A stretch of 63,514 bases of DNA, counting the filler, from Craspedostauros australis (Eukaryota), in assembly GCA_030167865.1 (NCBI GenBank). It is 21 parts of 21 records of this genome, joined end to end, with 100 filler letters (N's around TTAATTAATTAA, not from the genome) between each part and the next. Parts side by side here need not be neighbours in the genome. Positions count along the whole stretch, not along the records: positions 24,032 to 25,147 come from JALAGF010001204.1; positions 25,248 to 27,462 come from JALAGF010001207.1; positions 27,563 to 29,856 come from JALAGF010001208.1; positions 29,957 to 35,939 come from JALAGF010001209.1; positions 36,040 to 38,852 come from JALAGF010001210.1; 16 more parts are not named here. One strand, given 5' to 3'. Below, in pieces: positions 24,239-36,129 of the stretch. The translations under genes were made by a program, and so were the position numbers. Numbering within the stretch: position 1 is the stretch's first letter; every line of letters begins with the position of its first letter. The notes under the pieces are model-generated. The model saw only the letters and a program-made list of their open reading frames with translations. It ran no database searches and was not told where the DNA came from.

Positions 24239-24769
24239 CNTCTTCTGAATGAGTCATTGCGAGGTGGAGCAAGTTGATGCACAATGTAGTGGATTGGATG
24301 TTGGCTTGATGTTGGATCGGATACTGTCGTGGGCAGGTATTGTGAGAAGTTGTTGATTCGGTTGCTTGCGCGTGATTGTTGGCCGTCGTTGTTGTTGACG
24401 TCAATACCTTGTTGGCATCAGGCGGCATGTGAGTTGTTGTCGAGGCGCAGCCGATGGCCATCGCACATTGATGCTGACATCTTGAGAAGCAGAGTCCGCC
24501 ATTTGCTGCATTGCACAGCGATCACTTGCAATACACGGTGATGCAGAACACAAGGATTTCCATGTTTGTCTCCACGATCTGTTGGCTGGTGGGAGTATTC
24601 GCGCGCTGTTCTCTCAACGCGAGTTGGTCTTGGGTCATGTTCCTTGGCTTCCTCAGACATTCCACAGAACACTCACTGAGATCGACATCATTCACGAACA
24701 TCCATGCAAGGTGTCCGTAAGACAAATCGAGGCATATAACATGGATACATATTCGGTCCCTTTCCGCGC

Positions 24770-25147
24770 AAGCCATCCATTTGGTTTAAACATAGTTTAT
24801 CAATGACACAGGAGCGTTCCAATCCATACAAGCCCTCCATTTGGTTCCAATGTTGTTCATGACAGGGACAGATTCGTTCTTGTCCGTACAAGCCCTCCAT
24901 TTAGTGGAAAGAGCGTTTATCAATGACACAGGAGCGTTCCGATTCATACAAGCCCTCCATTTGGTTCAAAGAGCGTTTATCAATGACACAGATTAGTTCT
25001 TATCCATACAAGCCCTACATTTGGTGGAAAAACGTTTACTACAGATGCAGATTAGCTCTTATACATACAAGCCCTCCATTGGGTGGAAAGAGCGTTTATC
25101 AATGGCACAGATCTATCAATAGCACAGATCAGTTCTTATCCATACAA
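24770..25147. repeat. 60-bp tandem repeat, about 6 diverged copies
   Basis: AAGCCCTCCATTTGGT...AAAGAGCGTTTATCAATGACACAG recurs with a 60-bp period. Confidence 0.9.
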
Positions 25148-25247
25148 NNNNNNNNNNNNNNNNNNNNNNNNNNNNNNNNNNNNNNNNNNNNTTAATTAAT
25201 TAANNNNNNNNNNNNNNNNNNNNNNNNNNNNNNNNNNNNNNNNNNNN

Positions 25248-25977
25248 TTCGAAATCGTGTTCTCCAGGAATACAATTCGTCGCTCACAATCAAGGACATA
25301 CCATCCTGCCTCAATGAATCCAGAAGGTTCTTGACGTTCCGTATGCGATCCGGAACAGCATGCGTGGGCGAAGACGCCGCTGAATCGAATTCAGTGGACG
25401 AAATCGTCAAATTGTTGGCGTTCCTGGCTTCGACGGAATGCCGTTTCCGTTGGAGATAGTCTGCGTACTCCTTGTGCATGCAGGTGACGTTCCATAACTC
25501 ACCAATGGAGTTGAGTTCGATCCCACCATAGCTTCCATCAAAAGATTCCCGCCCCCAGTAGACGTAGTTGTCCTGCTCGAAAACCCCTTTCTGCTTGAGC
25601 TCTTGCATGTTGGCTTGCATGGTGGATGTCGCTGTCTTCGACGGTCCAACATGAAGGACGAGTTGCGGCATCTTCTGTTGAATGCGATGAGCATGCGGGG
25701 ATTGCAGTGCACCATCCACTCGTAGTCTGGTATTCGCTGGTGTTGCCGTTGGCACCTGAGTCAATGACTGCACCAATGACTCGGCGGATGCGGTGGTCGC
25801 CATCTCATTCCAACCATCCGTGTGTGCATCCTGACGAGGAGGAACCAGATCGATGGGAGTGGCATAGTCGGCACCCTCCAGTGGAATTGAAGAGTCCAGC
25901 AACCAGGGATGATTCGATGCATTGTACAGACCCTTGACTTGCAGAAGTATGAAGCACACCAAAATGCCAGCCATCAT
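25248..25977 (-). CDS. Type II membrane P-loop/sulfotransferase-like protein, 3' truncated
   Basis: Signal anchor MMAGILVCFILLQV, a stem region, then LVLHVGPSKTATSTMQ (5'-PSB-like) and LIVSDELYS. The upstream part of the 591-aa ORF looks non-coding. Confidence 0.6.
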
Positions 25978-27389
25978 CTTTTGCGCGAACGATCCATCGT
26001 GTTTGTGCAGTGGGCTGCCATCTGCCGTTGCGTTGTTGAGCCAATGCAGTGCGCACACCGCTGCGATCAGGATGAAGTACGTATGGTGTGGTGTGGTGTA
26101 GTGCGATGCCGCTTCCTCTTGCGCGTGCCTTTGAGTGGTACCAGCCTCGGCACTGACTGGTATTGTACTCTGGCTCCAGTGGCGACAATGATGACGATGA
26201 CGACATTGACGACAGCGGCCAGATTCGCAGCGACCGTTGGGTGAACGTTGATCGAGTGCATCGCGTGACTCAACGTCGAAGAAAGCAATGGATTCGTGAA
26301 TGAACGACCACCGACAACAAAAAGCGTAGCGTGAGATGAGCACTCGTCTGACGATCATGGATGCCCCATTGCACCGCCAGCCAAAGAACTGACGACGCTG
26401 CAACAAACACAATGATGATGATGTGCATACGAGTAGAAGTGGTACCAACAGAAGTGATACCAGCAGAAGTATCGACCTACGAGGAGAGAGCGTCGAAGCA
26501 TTATCATCAGCACCCGGAGATCCCACGGCACGAACACTTCCGCCGTGTCCTTCCTCTCGTCCATGTACACGCGGAGAATTGCATTCAGGAGGGACATCAG
26601 TCACCATGGCACTACGAGGACGCAACCGATCCATCATACCTTCCTGGAAAACAGATGAGAACAACAACAACAACAACAACAGCAGCAGTAGTGCAGAAGG
26701 GAGCCGTGACCAATTTCGGCGCCACAGAGCGGGCACGTTCCAACACGGAACACCAGCGGTTTCTCCAGATTCGTGTTGACTCTCATTCTTTGCAACATAG
26801 TCGTACCACGCTCGCAGGATCCTCGGTCGTCTCCACATTCCAAGGATGTTGGGACAATGATGACTTCCGACACCTTCGCCCACGATCAACTTTCTCCTTC
26901 TGTGGCTGGCCACGATCACGGCCAATATCGCGCCCACGCTCAAGCCAATGCTCAAGCTGATGTTCACGTTGATGCCAAAGTAGATCGGGTGATCACAGCG
27001 ACATCACGGTAACAATGTGAAACGAAAAACATCGTGAAACAGTCATCAACGGAATGCCATGCACGCTGGGTGAAACGGAGCACGGGATACCACCAGCAAT
27101 GACCATGAAACAGACCACCAGCCTCATAAAGGCAAACAGAGATGCGATCAAGCGACTACGACCAGCCAAACAATCATTCAAATCACATCGAAAAAACCGT
27201 CGCATTGATCTGATCTCAGCAACAAGCCGTTCCATCTCGAAACACGCCAGCTCCATCATGGTCTTCATCCTTCCACGACTCGCTATACTGTCCACCTCAC
27301 CATTGCGCAACCTCCGGGCTTCGTCAACACAAACCGCAAAATGGTCATCTCTCCTTTCGCTCAAGTCGACCCCTGGTGATGCATCCAAC

Positions 27390-27462
27390 CCGACCGTCAC
27401 CGACCAGGATCTTCTGCGCGCCGCAGAACAAGGAGATGTGGACATCCTCACCGCATGGAAGA
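27390..27462 (+). CDS. N-cap fragment of a divergent relative of the ankyrin-BTB family
   Basis: PTVTDQDLLRAAEQGDVDILTAWK aligns with PNVTNQQLLDAAKTGDLSVLKEWK at 35135. It is cut by the linker. Confidence 0.5.
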
Positions 27463-27562
27463 NNNNNNNNNNNNNNNNNNNNNNNNNNNNNNNNNNNNNN
27501 NNNNNNTTAATTAATTAANNNNNNNNNNNNNNNNNNNNNNNNNNNNNNNNNNNNNNNNNNNN

Positions 27563-27602
<40 letters not shown>
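27563..27602. repeat. (CA)n microsatellite
   Basis: About 20 CA units at the contig start. Confidence 0.95.
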
Positions 27603-27603
<1 letters not shown>

Positions 27604-27729
27604 CACGAAAGAAACACGAAGAAGGAATGTGCGCGATCGAACTCGGTTGTCTGTAGTCCATTGAGTCATTCGATAGTTCGTGCGTGTGCCAAACTGTGCC
27701 GGATCGCAGGGCGTGCCTCCAATGGCCTG

Positions 27730-28377
27730 GGGCTTCCGGTAAAACGGACTATCGGACTAACGAACGGCATCACTATTTGGTTAACGGATAATGTTAGTCG
27801 TGAATGCGAAATGCTTAGTCCTGGTTGGAATGTCGTACTTGGATTTTATGGTTTTATCAATCCGTGATTGAATTGTTTCTAGCCTACAACGAAAAAAGAT
27901 GCCCTATGTATGGCACCTTTTGAAAAGATGCCCTATTTAGGGCACGTTTCGTTTCACAATAGCCCAGCCAAGATGGGCACATTCCACAAAACCATCAACG
28001 GGGAACAATGTGGACGTCTCTGAATGACGAATCAGAACATTAATACTTATCGTCATCTTGGCGTGACATGACTTTGATAATCCTCTGTCGTCACGTTGTT
28101 GCACAAGATTTGCTTTTGCTCTTTCTGTCGTCCAATCGGCTGCGAACACCGACGTGTGGATGAGGGAGAAAAGATGCCCTATTTAAGGCACGTTTTGAAA
28201 AGGTGCCCTAAATAAGGCACCTTTTGACATCACTCGGATACGAGTCGCGAGTGGCGACAACAATGTCGGAACGACACTGCAACCAAGACTAATACAATCG
28301 CACTCACGACTATCATTGTTCGTCAGTCCGTTAACAACACGTCCGCGCCACCATGTCCGTTAGTTTACCGGAAGCCC
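27730..28377 (+). mobile_element. Harbinger-like MITE, copy A, with an internal insert of about 220 bp
   Basis: TIR GGGCTTCCGGTAAA...TTTACCGGAAGCCC, flanked by CTG and CAG, with internal AAAAGATGCCCTATTTAGGGCAC repeats. It is homologous to 28452-28851 in inverted orientation. Confidence 0.8.
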
Positions 28378-28451
28378 CAGTCGTACACTTCCCACAGTAC
28401 ACCACACAAACACCATGATCTCCAACTCCCACAATAGCAACACCCGTCCTG

Positions 28452-28851
28452 GGGCTTCCGCTAAACTGCCGGACATGCTGGTTCGAGTTCATTTTAACGG
28501 GCTTACGAACAATATTTGTCGTGAACGAGTTTTTTTAGTCTTGGTTGCCATGTCCTTCAGACATTGTCGTCGCCACTTGCGACTCGTATCTGTGCGATGT
28601 CAAAAGATGCACTATTTAGGGCACCTTTTCAAAACGTGCCCTAAATAGGGCATCTTTTCAACACGTGCCATAAATAGGGCATCTTTGTTCGATGTGGGCT
28701 AGAGACAATTCTATCACGGATTGATAAAACCACATTGTCCTATTCCGACTTTCTAACCACGACGAAGGAATTCGCATTCACGGCTACGAATGCCCGTTAA
28801 CCAGATGGTGATGCTGTTCGTTTGTCCGATAGTCCGTTTTACCGGAAGTCC
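28452..28851 (-). mobile_element. Harbinger-like MITE, copy B (400 bp)
   Basis: TIR GGGCTTCCGCTAAA...TTTACCGGAAGTCC with a CTG duplication on both sides (28449-28451 and 28852-28854). Confidence 0.82.
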
Positions 28852-30844
28852 CTGGCACACTTCCTTCTGCAAACACTGTCCAGATGATGAGCGCGATTGC
28901 CGGTGCTTCAATTCCCCCATCTGAACAAGTTCGGGTGGAGGATGCACGCCTTGTGCGGAAACGTGAAGCTTACGGATGGCAGAGCTGAGGCCAGATCACG
29001 CATCATGCTGGAGATGTGTGCGATGTCTCCGCGTTGATGCCAATGCTGCACATCTTTGATCCAATGATGCCATTGGCCAAGTCGTCAAGCTGGAGCATTG
29101 CTCAAGACACACACACCCTGAGGCAAATTGGTCCTGAGATGTGAAAAACAATGGCTTGGCACCAATGCATCATATGGTACCAATGCATTGCGCCTGAAAC
29201 GTATCGCTTTGAACACTGGAGTATTCGCAAATCCAACCAATTGGTTGGACTGCAACAAGCCTTGCACACTCCAACGGCAGTGATCCAAGACAGTGCAAGA
29301 GTAGAGCCAGGTGAGCATAGTTTCACTATCAGCACATACATGATGACATCATTGACACACTTCAATTGGTGTCACATGACATCCCCTTGGTTGCTCTCCT
29401 GCTTGCACACTGTCTCTTGTTCTCTCTTTTTGCTCATCTTGATCCCAATCGTGCACCAAATCCAGATCAAGAGCCACCTACACAGTCAAGTCAGATGTCA
29501 TCGCAACATTCACAAGCTTCATCAAGTGATCATTCAGAGCATTGTTCGACACAGTGATGAGGGCACAAGTGTTGGAAATCTTCCAGGGTATTGCAAACAT
29601 ATGCTTTGGTTGCATCAAGCTTGACCAAAGCGCAATTGGCAAGGTGCATGGCTTTTTCTTTGCTCGTCGGCTCACCAGCTGCCCCATGGCTGGTCCGAAC
29701 AATCGGGTGAATGGTTGCGTACCGCAAGGACCCAACAATGCAATTATGATGAAAGTGTCAATAGTGACTCCGACTGAGGTTCAATGCTGTTGATATTCCA
29801 AGCTCCTCACCCACTCACAGCCACATCCATCCTGTCTCACTATCCACAACCAAACCNNNNNNNNNNNNNNNNNNNNNNNNNNNNNNNNNNNNNNNNNNNN
29901 TTAATTAATTAANNNNNNNNNNNNNNNNNNNNNNNNNNNNNNNNNNNNNNNNNNNNTTGTTTTTGACGTGACGAAGACAGACGAAATGGTTGATACGCTC
30001 CCCTCAGTGCTTGTGACCGGTTTTCACCGTTTGATGTCCAAGCTGTACTGATGGAGGTTGTGGCTATGGTTGTTTGTTTTGTGCTCTGATGTGGTTGTTG
30101 ATTGAGTTTTAGTATTAAGTTGTAAGCTTTGTGTTTTTATGAGATGAAGAATGTTTGCATCTTCATCACATTCGAGTTTTGCTGGTTTTACTCGATGTAC
30201 CGCACAAGAATGCACTCAATGTCTCTTCTTGTTCACCAAGCTCAGAGCTGCTCAGACAACAAAATGACCATGACCACTTCTATGCAATGTTTGCATGAGT
30301 GGGGCTGGAATGTTGGCAAGCAATGCAGGAGCACAGGTTAGTAAGTTGCTGAAGCAAGATCAGACTTCACTGAAAGTAGGATCTCTTTCCTTGGGAACCA
30401 TGACCACGATGTCAATGGGCTCAGGTGTTGTTCGTGTGTTCTTCATTCTGGTCATATGCATAAGTGGGCTGTATCATCAGAGAGTTGCATACACCTGTTC
30501 CTTGTGCATGAGAGACCTTGCTGTGACCAAGGTTTCTCATCAAAGGAGACTCAGAATCAAAGGCCACATATGCACACAGATTTTCGCCGAGATGATGATG
30601 ACGTCACGAAAAATCCGACAAGTAACGGACAAACGTTGGTCGAGTCCGTTTTGAGTGCAAATTTGGCACGGTACTAACTTAGTGTTCTAACTCTCACAAC
30701 CAACATCACCAATGTGTTGTCTTCATTCGACGCAACTCTGTTCGGAGATGATGGCGATGGTGATGGCAACCCCTCCAACAGTGCCGTATCCCTTCACAAT
30801 TGGTACCACCACCAACAACACAAACAATCAGACAATCAGACAAG

Positions 30845-33192
30845 ATGATGAGGCATCGACATCCAAGAGGAACTGTGGGAAGGCTCGCCAGTTGCTCCGT
30901 ACCCTTGACCCACCCGTCGTACGACTACGAGTATTACTATGGAACCTTCCATGGGTACGATCTACTCTGGGAGTTGTCACAACAAAGCGTCCAGCCTGAT
31001 ACTCTGTTCGAACCTTCGTACAGCCCGTGCGGTCATGACCATCGAAGTTGGTGGAAGAGGACGGTGTCAGACTGATAGCGGAGAAGCACACAGAGACCAA
31101 GCAACCGCAACAGGCCGACACGAAATCGAAGGCGAGCGAGCCCACAAGCGTCGCCAAAGAGGCCAAAGCAGCTGTACATTCAGGTGGTCGTGCGAGTGTC
31201 AGCACAGATACACCAAGCAGTGCCAATAGAAGTGCAGCCAAAGATACGAAAGCTTCGGCTGTGAAACGATCACGTGCGAAGAGTCTGGACATGCTCAACA
31301 TGCAAGATCACGAGACATCATTCAGCTCCCTTGATCCCAGCAAGTTCATCAACAACGAATCGATACTGGTGCCAAACATCCCAGGTGGACTCAGCTTCGC
31401 CACAGCCCCAGCACTTGGCGCAACCCGTGAACGAAGCAGCCAAGACAAGACGTAGCTTGCCCAGAGTCGGAGACGCAGGCCGACGACACAAACGAATTCC
31501 AACGGAACGACCAGCAGTGCCAAATCGAGGAGCAAGAGTTTAGAATTCTCGAAGGACGGACACAACATGCCAGTCACACCAGACACATCAGACATACCAG
31601 GCGCGATGAGCGCAGCCAGCACCCCGGCTCTACCTCGAGTTGCGACAACGGAGACGTCACGCAGCAAGAGCCTGGAGCCACTGTCCAATCTGCCAAGTCT
31701 CTACGACGACGACAGCGTCGACGTTGCGACAAGTGCTGCCGTAACGAACGGTGGGAGATGCTCTGTGGCCCCTGTCACGCCTGGAGGTCGGAGCGCGGCA
31801 TCTACACCAGCCCCCTTCAGCCACACACATGAAAAGAGACAACAGTCTTTGTCGCCGAACAAGCGCAGGTCGACGTTGGCAAGCATCCTCAAGGCCAAAC
31901 GATCGTCATTACGCGAAGTGTCGTCAACCAATCCTGGCAAATCGAAGCAACGACCATCTCTCGAATCCCGATCATCGCAATTGGCCGATCTTGCCTTGAC
32001 TGAAGCCTCCGCAAAGGCGCCATCATCGCCACCGTCATCATCATCACAGTCCAAATCCAAACTCAATCTTCAACAGTTCGAACGCAACCACGGAGGTGTC
32101 TCGACCGCACCCCAAGCCCCATCCAGTCCTGGAGCCTTGAGTTTGGGAATTGAATTGAAATCGAGCAAGAAGGAACAGGTGACTCCTTCTCACAACAGAT
32201 CCGCACGCAGTTCGTTGCGCCCAAGTGAAGACTCAAAGCAACGACGTTCACGCGAATGAAGCACGGGTGCTCTGTGCGAGGCGATCAAGGAAACGTTCTC
32301 CAAAGTGCTTGGCAATGGGCCCGACATCACCACTCCAGCAAAACAGCAGGTGTGTCATCACCATTGATATTACCATCGATATCACCATCGATATCACCGT
32401 CGCCACGACATCGGCGGAGAAGCGCACAACACACCAGCGGTAAGCCGCACTCAACATTGTCAAGATCAAAGAGTCTGGAGCATTCACCATCACTGCGTCA
32501 TCGTCGTGACGGAGAAATTCATACTTTCTCCTCTGGAAGAAGCCGCTGCTCGCCATCGGCGCGGAGTCGTCGAGGCCCGTCCGATCGCGGCCATAGAAGA
32601 ACTACGCAAGTATCGATGGACTCATCGCCATCATCACGACGCCAACGAACATGTGGCAGTTCGGATGATGCGAACGCAGCCTCGCGTTCACGCCAATCCA
32701 ACTCAAATGCGCACTCCACTGGTACTGGTTTGCACCAACGCAAGGGCTCACCTTCCCGAACGCATGCCCGGGGAAGTTCGCAAAGACCAAATCAACGTGG
32801 CCATAGCCAATCGACACCATGTGGCGAAGATCAGCGAAGGAAGTCCTCTGATGAACGATCACCATCGGCGCGACAACGAAGTAGGTCAAGAGGATATCGA
32901 AATTAGAGCGTCGAACGGCACAGCAATGAGAGAGATGAGAATGGACGGCATTGCAAACAACAACATGGCCAACAACAGCATGGCAACAAACGTTCGTCAT
33001 CACGCGGNNNNNNNNNNNNNNNNNNNNNNNNGTTGTGGACGAAGCAGATCATCGACTCGCGATGCTGTCTACCATGAGAAGCTGTCCGGCACAAAGCCAC
33101 TGCAACTCATATCAAAGAAAGCAGTCAGGAACAAGATCGCGTCTCAGTGCCGCCATCCCTTGATGAATGGTACCAAAACTCCCACCCTGTGA
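30845..33192 (+). pseudogene. Disrupted low-complexity Ser/Arg-rich hypothetical gene
   Basis: Successive S/R/K-rich ORFs. 31048-31455 and 31567-32259 share a frame with a TAG between them, then frameshifts follow. No recognisable domain. Confidence 0.4.
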
Positions 33193-35134
33193 TGCATCAC
33201 GACATGATGGTATGGAATGAGATGTGTGGGCCGCTCCGTACTCGTATCATACTCATAGAGGTATGGTAGATCCACATCCCTGTATGTAATACACCTACGA
33301 ATAGACTGTACGTCTCTACGTATGTTTGGAACAGTACCGCATGCACTATATCTGCTTGTGCAATAGAACACTGTGATGAAGTCACCGGATGTTTCAAGAG
33401 ATTGAAGGGCTGGATACTGCTCCCGCGCTGCCTCTGCCTTGTCTGCAACTTGTCTGGTCCGCTCTCTGCGGTATAGTACATACCCACACAGGGATGTTGC
33501 CGATGTCATTCACCAGCAGATTGGACGTCCGTGGTTCCATCCACGCTCCGCCATGAGCATCGTTGTTGGTTCGTTGCGCAGACAAAGGACGCATGGCAGC
33601 AACATTATCACAAGCCGTGCGGTCGCCACCATGCCACCGGATTCGCACACAGAGCAATCTACTCCAAGTTACACTACCAAGCAGATGCAAAGCAACAGTG
33701 CCGATGCCAGTCGATCCAAGCTTCTGGAAGAGACGATCTACGAAGAACACATGGCGAACAAGGCAGAGAGAAATGGTGAGAAGCCGCGAGGAGCATGGTT
33801 GCTGCACGGTTCCATCGACCGTCCCGCATCACGCTATTGTCCTCATCTCGCCAGGAGTTGCGCTCTCGTCATTGTGCCAGAACTGCAGTCGAGACCCTCG
33901 CCAAGTCCCAGGAGGAGTGATCACTCGCCGTTGGAGCAACAATTGGGTCACCATCCATTCCAATCTTCGGAGCAATCAATGCCAGCGTGGTGAAACACAA
34001 GAATCGACGAGCTAGCGCAGTCCAAACATCCAGCCAGCTTGGCGAGCAAAAGAAGAAACCAATCAGCCAACCAACCAACAAGCAACCCCATGCAGAGTGC
34101 GGGTGCCGTATTGCGGATCACGGTTGACACAGAGTTTCCATACAGCACAAGAAGCACACGGTCAGCGATCCATGGCCCATGCGCACCGTATACCCACAGG
34201 TCCTCCTTTGTGATGCTCCCAACTTCGTTCGTGAGGTGGATGTTCTTGTCGATCACCTCGGTTGAGCATCGATGCTCTGGGAGTCACGAGCCAAGATGGC
34301 AGTGCTTCTGTCTGTGGATAGAACGCGCATGGTATTGTATGTTGGTGGTATGTGCGACAGGAACAGTGGAGGCGGCACAGTATCGCTCTGCCTGATGCTC
34401 GCTGGACGTGTCAACTCATCCCAATATGCAATGTGGTGTTGGTTTGATGTTGAGGACTCTTGTTGCCTGTGCGGATGGTGATGGTTGCAATGCGGTGGGA
34501 TGGCAACCAGTTGAATCCAAATGGGATGGGTCGCGACCACCAAAGGCAACCAACAAACGCAGTCACATCAGTGGCTTCATCGTTGTTCGAGGCATTGGCT
34601 CACACCTCAAGTTGGTGCTTGCGATGGCAGGCGGACGGGGGTCAGCGGTGTTGCAGATGCCACGATGACGCAAGCAAGCGTGGGCCATGGTGCACATGGT
34701 GATGGCGACGGTGGTGGCGACAGCTCCCGCTGTCTCTTTCTCTCTTTCTGTATCTCAGCCTTCAAAGACTTTCACATTGTTTGCTTCGGATTGGTGTTGC
34801 GTTGATTGTGGCCAAACGAGAACTCTGTTGTGGTGCTTCTTTCTTGTTGTTGGTCGCACGCATTTTCGTGATGGATGGGAACAGAAAGATCCAATCCGCG
34901 CGAACCAGACGCGTTTGATCAAGAGAAGGAGACAAACACAGGCAAACACACACACCAACCAACCCCATAATCGAGCACATCAACAACAGATATCGAGTTG
35001 CCACTCAGAACAATTCAAGCTATTGAAAACACACCATCGATATCTCTGCCTCATAGTAGATAGCTCAGACCACGCACTTCCTCGACAGCCAATCCAACGC
35101 CAAAAGACCACCAACCATCAACCATCCTCTCAAC

Positions 35135-35939
35135 ATGCCGAATGTTACGAACCAACAACTCCTTGATGCTGCCAAGACAGGTGACTTGTCGGTGTTGAAG
35201 GAATGGAAGAAGCAGAGCACGACACAGAATGAAGGAGTTGATGTCAACATGGTTACAGGCAGGAGAGGTCGGACTCCCCTTCATTTGGCATGTCACAACG
35301 GCCACCTGGAGTGCGTGGAGTACCTCATTGAATCATGTGAGGCGAACATCAACTGCAAAAACAACGATGGTATCACTCCCCTTCATGTGGCATGCTTGTG
35401 TGGCAACCTGGAGTGCGTCAAGTACCTCATCGAATCATGTGAGGCGAACATCAACTGCAAAACCAACGATGGTTCCACTCCGCTTCATGTGGCATGCATG
35501 TACGACCACCTGGAGTGTGTGAAGTACCTCATCGAATCATGTGAGGCGAACATCAACTGCAAAGACAACAATGATCTCACTCCCCTTCATGTAGCATGCC
35601 ACAACGGCCACCTGGAGTGCGTGGAGTACCTCATTGAATCATGTGAGGCGAACATCAATTGCCAAAACAACAATGGTTGGACTCCCCTTCATCACGCATG
35701 CCGCAACGGCCACCTGGAGTGTGTGAAGTACCTCATCGAATCATGTGAGGCGGACATCAACTGCAAAGACAACGATGGTGACACTCCCCTTCACCAGGCA
35801 TGCTGCAACGGCCACCTGGAGTGCGTCAAGTACCTCATCGAATCATGTGAGGCGGACATCAACTGCAAAGACAACAATGATCTCACTCCCCTTCATGTAG
35901 CATGCCACAACGGCCACCTGGAGTGCGTGGAGTACCTCA
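35135..35939 (+). CDS. Ankyrin-repeat protein, family copy 1: N-cap plus at least 7 repeats of 34 aa, 3' truncated
   Basis: Tandem 102-bp units encoding TPLHxACxxGHLECVKYLIESCEANINCKxNxGx. Confidence 0.95.
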
Positions 35940-36129
35940 NNNNNNNNNNNNNNNNNNNNNNNNNNNNNNNNNNNNNNNNNNNNTTAATTAATTAANNNNN
36001 NNNNNNNNNNNNNNNNNNNNNNNNNNNNNNNNNNNNNNNATGTATGTATGTAGGTACTAGTATGTATGTGTATATGGTCGGTCATCACGCCTTCACACAT
36101 TCCCATTCGGTTCTGCATCATGCTTCTCC

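Noticed and set aside
25978..26967. N-terminal ~330 aa of the 591-aa ORF
   Set aside because: It contains microsatellite-derived runs and no domain. The real gene probably starts at 25977.
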